A stretch of 64,000 bases of DNA from Phoronis australis (taxonomy: Eukaryota > Animalia > Phoronida), in assembly GCA_002633005.1 (NCBI GenBank), contig NMRA01000073.1:230365-294364 (forward strand). The letters are read 5' to 3'. How positions within the stretch are numbered: the stretch's first letter is position 1; each line of letters starts with the position of its first letter. The notes below the pieces were generated by a model. The model saw nothing but the letters and a program-made list of their open reading frames with translations, searched no databases and had not been told where the DNA came from. This document shows positions 36,301 to 45,300 of the stretch, piece after piece. Position numbers and translations under genes: made by a program.

Positions 36301-39300
36301 TCACTAGTGAGATAACTTTATGGGTTATTACACGGTTGTATCTGCCATTCGAGGCTAAAGGTATTTATAGTCCATATTCATTAAAAGTTATACGTTATGT
36401 TCGGAGTTTTGAATAGAAAAATACAAAATATTTGGTTTCAGTTGAAATGCTCATTTGCCAAAATTCTCAAATTCGTTTGGGAGACTCGTCACTTTACACC
36501 GACGCACAACAATCGCACATTTAGTGGCTTAACCGAGCATTGCTCAGTCCATCATTTAGGAGTAATTACGTATTTCTTGAAACGTGATGGCGTTTAAAGC
36601 TTTCGTTTTCAAAAACGAAACACGAGGCTTTGCTAAAATGATATGGGTGAGCGCTTGATAAGATTACCAATCCTGATGTGGTGAATTCAACCAAACTTTG
36701 TCCCATCTAGTTGTGCTAATGCACCAATGGGTTTCACTCAAGTGCTAAAAGTGGGATGCGGCTAAAACATGTTCATTGAGTATCTGATTCTTGGTGGATG
36801 GGTTTTCCCTATAGCTGTCGTGTCATTCTCTTAAAGCGTAGGCCAAACTAGCCCGTTTTAGAAATTTTGCTTTCAGCGTTGCATGTGCTCAAAACTGCTA
36901 CTGGTTGATGGGGGTTACAAAACATTGTTTCGTTTTGGAGAGCTTCGTGAGAAAGTCGTTGTTAATAACTATTAACTGGTCATGATTGGGCTTAGTGTAC
37001 TTTTCAGTCAATGAACTCTTCTTTCAAAATAAATCTGTGTGCAGACCAGAACTAATCATGCTTTTTGGTCTTACATCTAGTTTGAGACACCCTGTACATA
37101 GCTGTAACTTTGCAACCGGCCATAGATAAGTTCTTGCTTACCTGTACGGTCAACCTCACACACGTATTCCAACTTCGGGCTGCATTCAGTAGAAAAAATC
37201 CGTGGAGTGTGTTTAGGTTTGGAAAACTCTAGCATTACGCACATGTCCGCAGACCAAATACGGGACGTAAACATTGAGCCTTTGTCCATGACATGTTGAG
37301 GGAGAGGTTTTAGTCGCGAAGATGCCGGGATGCCATCATGCCACACAAACAATAGGTCTCCAGTTGCATCGTCCAGATAACCACGCGTGCCAATCCATTG
37401 GTAAAATGGATAGCTAATTGCCGTGCGGGAGCTGCAACAACGACAAAGAAGGTAAATTGATAGCATAGTGTCAATGATGAGAGTGATGACGGCGACGATG
37501 GAACTGATGGTGACAGAGGCTATTACGGGGATGACAAATACAGAGTTTGTTATGTCTATTTCTGCGATAGAACCGAAGGTGATGATAACGAAGGTAATTT
37601 CTGTCGTGGTACGGATGGTCGTGGTAATGATGTTTGATTTGACCGGTAAGTGATGGAGATGAAACTGATTGGTACTGTGGCGTCGATGTTGGCTGTGCTA
37701 GTGGACCGTGGTTGCGGGAAGCGGCAGTGTGTGCCAAACTACTGAGGCACATGCCGCGCTCTCAAAACATCGAGATTTGAATACACTTTTATTTTTCTTT
37801 GAAAACGCGTGATACATTCTACATAATTGTACTTCTTACAGTCGACAAAGGGTTTAATTAATCTATTCGATAGTACCGCGCATGTCTTATAGAAAGCCCC
37901 AAATCTTATGTTCGGAAAATTTCACTTTTTACCGATCTTGTTCTCCAAAAGCAAGTGTTGGAGCACGTTCGGAAAGGTCTCTTAACAGAATACGTGATGC
38001 AATATGTGACTAGCACTTGGCATTGGTGATAATTTAGCTCAACAAGCGTAGCTTTTCACTCTGCTTGTCGTACAGACCATTAAAAATTATGCAAAAGTAA
38101 GCCCGTGAACATGTATTTAAGATTTTTTGGTACATTATGAATTTTTCTCGTACATTAAGGAAAACATACTTGCTAAAATTTCCAGGTACATGAAAATAGT
38201 GTGGGTTGTAACACAATGAGGATAGCCGTGGTGCCAATTGTTTTTGGTGATCATGGCAGAGAGTAGATTTTTGCAAATATGTATTGTGATTGGATGGAAT
38301 TGACGTGTATACGTATCATTACAGTTATCGATGAGTGTTATTAGTGCTAGCGATGCCATGTAGAGGGCGACACACACAGCTCATATCAATGGTATAAACT
38401 ACGACTGCTACTGTTCTGAAAGACGATTGCACACTGATTGGAATTTAAGTCAGACAGTAGATGTCTGTGCAGTGAGAGAAATGACAACAATTTTTGTAGC
38501 AGGCATCTCGAAGATTTCTCCAATAACAAAATTCGGGATAAAGTAATTATCATGGGGTATTTTCTTAAACGTCTGTAATTCGTGAATTCAATTAGATGTC
38601 TTACACACAACATTAAAGTTCTATCAGTCAAAACATATGAAAGTTATAAGATTTTTGCCTAACACTGTTCGATCTGTTCACACCATTCATGACCGTCTCC
38701 GTGGATAAGTCACCCTCATACATGCAAGTTGATGTACAATTCAAAGTAACAATGCTCACGTGGGCACAGTGACGTCCTGTAGCACTTGAGAAATTCTATG
38801 GATAAGCAATGGTTAGGAAACGGCATATTACACTTTCAAAGCACATGATGATAATTATTTCCATAGTGGAAACAGTTATTATCACGAAAGCTCACCTGAC
38901 AAGGCTGGCATGACAGCTCACCTGACAAGGCTGGCGAGATAATCTAACTCCTTGATGGCCCCGTCTATAAATACTTCATGTGCCTCTTCATGGACACGTT
39001 GTGAACAAAGCTTGTAAGAATCGTCTCCCCTCTTATTCTTCGAAGTGTAGTAGCATGAGGTCAAGGTCGTGCTCAGTGTGTAATCGCTGACTCTCAGCGC
39101 ATCTGGACAGCTTTCTGGTTCGACTAAAACAATTCGACACTTAGTTTAACAATAGTCGTAGTGGTAACATTGTCTTGTTAATGAGCTTTGTGCATGAGCC
39201 GAAGATTAGAATCCCTTCACATTATTTCGCACGCGAGGCCAAATCACGCAATAAGCGCAAGTGTCAACCAGATATGCAAACCAAGTTGCATTAAGGTTAT

Positions 39301-42300
39301 CTCAAACCTTATTTAGTGGCCTCCATTCTATCTCGTTTTCAAAAAAAAACTAAGCATTAGAAAACGGGTCAGGGAATACGAAAATATGTTTTTCACGATT
39401 TTAATGAAACCTTTTTAAATGAATACTTCACCAATTGCCTCAAAAACGCTGTTACGAATTTTCGGTTAGTCATTTCGTTTGATTTCTATGACCAATCAAC
39501 TCGCAAAACGTAAAGTATTTTTCTAAAAAATAGATGTAGCATTCGTTATTGCTACAATAGCAAAAACTAGGCCTTCATATCGAAAATCATAACTGATGAA
39601 CAAATATCAAGTTTGAAAAGTTTCAGCGAAATCCTCCAAGCCGTTTTCGAGAATTCGTGTTCCTAATTTCAAATTAAGTCTACTGGCCGAAGCCGAGAAA
39701 AGATCGATTATGTAGCGAGACTTGAAAATCTCGAGGACTTTGTCTAATTATTCGGTGAAAACTTGTATTTGGTGAATATACCTATACCTATACATTCCTT
39801 TGTCGTGTTCATTATTTCAACATTCACGCGCAATGTCAAGTGAACTTGCAGTGCGTAATTAACTTATTTATCACAAAAACGTTTAATCAGCAAAGTCGAT
39901 TCACAATGCATCGAGTCCTAATTGGTTATGCGGGCGGAGCCAACATATTGCCTTGAATATTCGAAATGCATTAAGATAGTCCGGATACCAGCTGTCGGTT
40001 TTATGAAACTTCTGAAGTTTTTNGTACAACTATACGCGTGTCTTCGTTGATGACAATAAATGTGCGTTCTTACGGCATGTGTTGCAGAACATAGTTTTTT
40101 GCCATTTCATTGCCCTTTGCTAAGTACCTGTGTATGTCTTACACACGAATGGTAACTGGAGGTAATCACAACCACCTTGAGTCCAAGATCCGTCCGAGAA
40201 TCTCATCATTTTGCACGATGTTCCCAGAGCTACTAACGAACTTTCAATCACGGGATCTGGAAGAAAATCTGACCTCAGTTAAAGTAGACATGCCACTAGC
40301 TTCAGGGCAGTCCCCATAGATTCTTGCTCAATAGAATTACGATAGTTCTTATTAGGTTGAAGAGGTATTATTCTTGAGGAATCCTATAACTCGAATTTAC
40401 CCAAAATGCACATTTGGCCTGGCATCGAGTACATATTTCAGCGTTGGGTTCCGCATTAATTGACAAAAGCGGGGATCACGTTTCACGATATTGGTGACAT
40501 GATAACGAAATTCTTTTTATATGGAGAGACAAAATTTGTATTGAATGTTCAATTAAATCTTAAAAGTAGTGGATTATGTCTAGTTTTCGTCGGCACTTTT
40601 TAAAGATAACTTGCAGATCTAAACTTGGATCGTATTTGGAAACGGCTAAAATTTCAAAAGGAAATGCATGTAAATTTGTAAAGATGATTTTGGATCTCAA
40701 AGGTGATATTATGGATCAAGCACCCCCACCCAAACCTAAGCGTTTAAATTAAAATTACCTTTATACGTAATTGGTGTCCCATCCATTCTCAGAAGAACTT
40801 TATCAGGAAAAGCCAGGTCGCCTATGCCGATCCAGACTCCATTGAGCGAGTGATCCTCAAACAGTTGAAGAATCTAAATGTTTAACCGTTCATTAATTTC
40901 CTATCTCCAATCGGCCTGGTTTTCATATTGATTTTTTATGCCACGCAATGCCGACAGTAAATAATAACCAAAGAAACTAGTAATACATAAATAACAACAT
41001 CAACTACAACAAGGCATAATAGTTGCGTCATGAAAATATGCATGGAATAAATGCTTTATGTAAAAAATACGCATTTGCTATCATGTTGCTGACAAAAAGT
41101 ACACGTTCCATTCAAAAAGACAGGTTTTCTACTCGGAGATTGTCGTAAAACGTATTAATTTAAGCAAAAATCTGAAAGAAATAATGTATCGGAAACGTAT
41201 GAAACGAACCATTGTTTAACGGCCGAGTTCTCGTTGTCATGACACTGGATCGAATAAAGAACAAACAGAAGATCAATGACGAGAGGTAGGCAAACAAGCT
41301 TTTCTATTTTCTTTAAAAACACAAACATGCATAAACTTGATATGTACTTTATTAAGTAAGGCAAACACCCAAAGTGTATACGCTATCTTGCTTCCGGAAT
41401 GGATGACGCAATGGACAAATTAAATATCATGCTATATTTCACAGATCCGAGACATCTGCAAGTGAATTCCGGGTTCCAAGCCACATAATACGTTACGTTA
41501 TACTGAGTAAATTTACGATTCCAACGGAGGAAATCAGACAATGGCGGAAAACAAGGGGAGGCCGCTGAATTATAGACTTTTGGATTTATTACCTGGTCAA
41601 TAATACACGAAACAGGACATGGCCTTAACTGCACATTTAACATACCCAAACACCAGTAAATAGATAATCAACATGAAAACCTTTGGCGACCGCTGCTGGA
41701 GGTAGCGACTGTAACCTTGAAAACCAGGTACATGGATTTAGGTACACTTTTTAGTGAACCGATTGGGTACTGGAAGAACTGTTTAATACCGGGAATTTAT
41801 TACAGTACGCTTCAAGTTGTAGTGCATATAGTACTTCAAAAAGTAAGATATGGGGAGAGTAATTTAGGACACGGTTGGTAAACTATGGAAAATGCGTCAA
41901 AATTATAGCAAAAACGTGCATGCAAAGCAATTAGTCGTAAATTAGCAGGTGTATTGCACAGTTAACAAGTTTCTTAAAGATACTCTTTCCATTGCATTCA
42001 CCAATTTGAAATTCAGTCAAACTGAAGCTCTAAATAAACAGAAACAGTGGAATATATCCCACAAATGTAATCTACAACCAAAAACTTCATTGGGCAATAC
42101 TGCTACTGAGTGTACTGCAGTAAGCTGTGATGTTCCCCGATTTATCATAACGATTGGTTTATTAAAAAAATAAAACGTTCTGTAGTAATAAATCGAGGCC
42201 CAGTACAGTAAACCTGGAAATGTTGCAATACACTATGACTCCCGAGGAACTACCCATAGCTTGCTCGGAGGGTAGTCTCAGATATAGCTCAGGGAAATGC

Positions 42301-45300
42301 AACGTACTCCTACAACCATCTCGCGGATACTCTCTCAGTTCGTTCAAGATTTTACAAGGTCCAAGGCCACAGTGGATGCCTGTGTAGCCCCCTCAGAAAT
42401 GAAGAAATTGTAGAGGGTCGAAATTTAAGACAGTTTTGTTAACTAAATGGGAAGTGGTTGTCACAAATGGTTTTCAGTAGTTCCTTGAAGTTAGGCCTGT
42501 GCTGTTGACTACTAGGAGACGGAAGTGCCGCCATTTTGACATCCTTGTTGAGTCTTGAATTCTTGGTGCGAATCCAGGTACCCTTCAGACAAGTGGAAAT
42601 TGTCAAAAATCTGGTTGGTAATGACATATTTTAACCAGAGTTTTTGGAATCTGGAGTAAAAAAGCATTCAGATGATGGTGTCCTTTCTTGCATCGGGGTA
42701 GTCGTGAATTTGTAATTTTAGGTAAAAATGGCCAAAATTGCACTTTCTTGGTCATTTTTGGCATCTCGGTTTTTCACGGTGGATGTAGCTAGGTAAAAAG
42801 ACATGTCTTTGTTGAATTTCTCCATTCTTGAGAAACCCCATAGAGTGTAAGTTCTGTCAGTTATGATTTTTTCAGGTGTCAGTGACAGCTGTGCAAACAA
42901 GGCCGGGTTTTGATTGACCCAAGCCAGTAGGTCAAAATCAGTCACTGGTACTGTGGTCTTAGTCCTATAGTCTAAAAATACTTTTGAGGAGGTAACATAT
43001 GAAGGGCACCCAATTTTTATCACGACCCCATTCAATACATAAAGGAACATTCCTCAACTATAGGTGAGCTTTTTGTTTTTTTAACAAAGCTTACTTTTCA
43101 ACATTAAATATGCTATTCAATTCTTTTAGCATATCTGATTGACTCATTTTAAGGACCCGAGCCAGTTGTGTCGTGGAGAAGCAAACGTTTGCTTAAGGGA
43201 AAATTTACCGTATTCAGTAAGAACCGGAGATTGCCAATCCTCTTATAAGCAAACGTAATAAAAAAATAAGCTTTTCTAATACAGGGATTGACAATCTCCA
43301 GTTTTTACTATTTTACTAAATAAGGTATGATATAAGTGTAGAGTATGGGATACCATTTCAAATAATTTGGCTGGAGCACATAATGTTTTAAGGCTAATTT
43401 ACTTTCCTCCGATCCGCACAAGAAATATCCCATAAGATCGATGTTTAGTTTGTAAAACCTCATTTGGTATAGTATCGGCACACTAATTCGTTCGTTTGCG
43501 TCCTTCCGTTACACGGCATCCAGACTGTAATGCCTGTTTTAGTTATCAATTTCAATTACGGTACCTAGATACATTGCATACCGTGAACGCTGGCTCAGAT
43601 AGGTCTGGATATGACTGTGCATCTTTCAGCTTGTAGATTGTGTCAGACAAGACGGCGCATCCCTCAGCTTGTAGGTCGTGTGTCTCACCAAAAGAATCTC
43701 GAGCTTTCAAGAATGTGGGCTTATGGAAACTTTGTACAATTGTGCCAAAATATGCTAAATGCGTTTACGGATTATTAAAACTAAAATTTGACCTAAAATA
43801 TCGCAAACGCCTACCGTCGGGAATTGTGCCTGACCCAGGGTTTGGAATTGTAAATGATTTGTACTACTTTTTGATGATTTACTCAATGCGATGATGAATT
43901 GAAATTTTTGTACTGTTGAGTCAGGACATAGTTTGCGGCGTCCGATTCCGATCTGACCCTTGGGGATAAGGGAAGTCCAGTCTGATTATTGGAGATAACA
44001 GGAGTCTAGTCTAACCCCTGGGTATTACGAGAACCTAGTTTGACCTTTGGGGATAACGGGAGTCCAGTAAGTGCCTTGTGGATAAGCGCCCCCAACTTAA
44101 AAAGGTAGAAGGACTTGTGCAATAAAATTATCGTGTGCTCACCAGATTTCATTGGCTCGTTTGAAATGTGAAAATTTACCGATATTCATCAGTGGGATCT
44201 CCTCGCTAATATCTCTGTAATCGGATGCCTATCCGACTCTGAACATTGAAGTTGTTGTAATTGGGGGGAAGGGATAGTTTCAAAATAACCATCGCACATT
44301 TTTTACTGGATCAAGCTTTATGTGAAATAGCCACCCAAATATTTTCAACGCCAGTCTTAGCATTTCGTACCACACTCAGCTAATTTGATAGCTAGGATAT
44401 AAGCTGTGATACATTAATACTAACGTCCCTTCTAGGGTGAGTTGAAAAACTCATCACATGCTACAGAAGCCGGACTTCATCATTCAGCGTAAAGGTCCTT
44501 CATAGTTCATGATGGAAGGGTTTACTTATTTTACATGCTCACAAAGTGAACTTTCTGTCACGATCACTTTTATTAATAATAAGTGAAACTGATATATACC
44601 TTGTTATGAATCCACAGATTTTCATTGCTGTCTTCAGGAACTACTAAATCTCCGCGGAGAAACTTGCAATGTTTTTGCGCCTCCAGCGATGTTCGACGCT
44701 CGGGCACGAACGTGTATTCAGCAGCTCCGTACTTGAACGATCCCATGTAGTTAACTGCAGATTGCCAGGTTGGATTAACAAAAAAACGAAAGTAAGTCAT
44801 ATTCAGTTTTGTGAACATTTTGTTTCAAAAAAACAATGTGTGAAACCTTTCATTAACGCACGGATCGTTTCACTTAGGAACCAACAAAACATTAATCTTC
44901 GTAGCCAATTTTTTGTCTTTTGTGTCCGGGATCCAAAGTTATCAAACATTACTCCATACGCGACTGGATAATTGATCCATTGCGGGGCACCCTTCACGCA
45001 ATTTTGTTGAATTTTCCAATCGCGTTTGGAGTAAATTTGTGTGCTCTCGGTAATAGAGCTATCTTTCGTGCACGTTGTACGTTTCCTCACAATTGTGTTA
45101 TTACTCCAGAAATCTAAAAAACTGTTGAACAAAATTAAAGTACTTGACATCATGACAATCATGAAACTCAGTACTCTCTATAAAACATATAGTTCATTAA
45201 TTGCGTTATGTTTGCGCTCGACTTTTACCTGCCCACTATTTTTTATTACACCTGAACTGGGGGTAAAATATTTTTACTCGAAATTGACCTTGAATATACA

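Noticed and set aside
37468-37752. His-rich and Met/Val-rich ORFs
   Set aside because: Arise from a degenerate GAT-type simple repeat in an intron.
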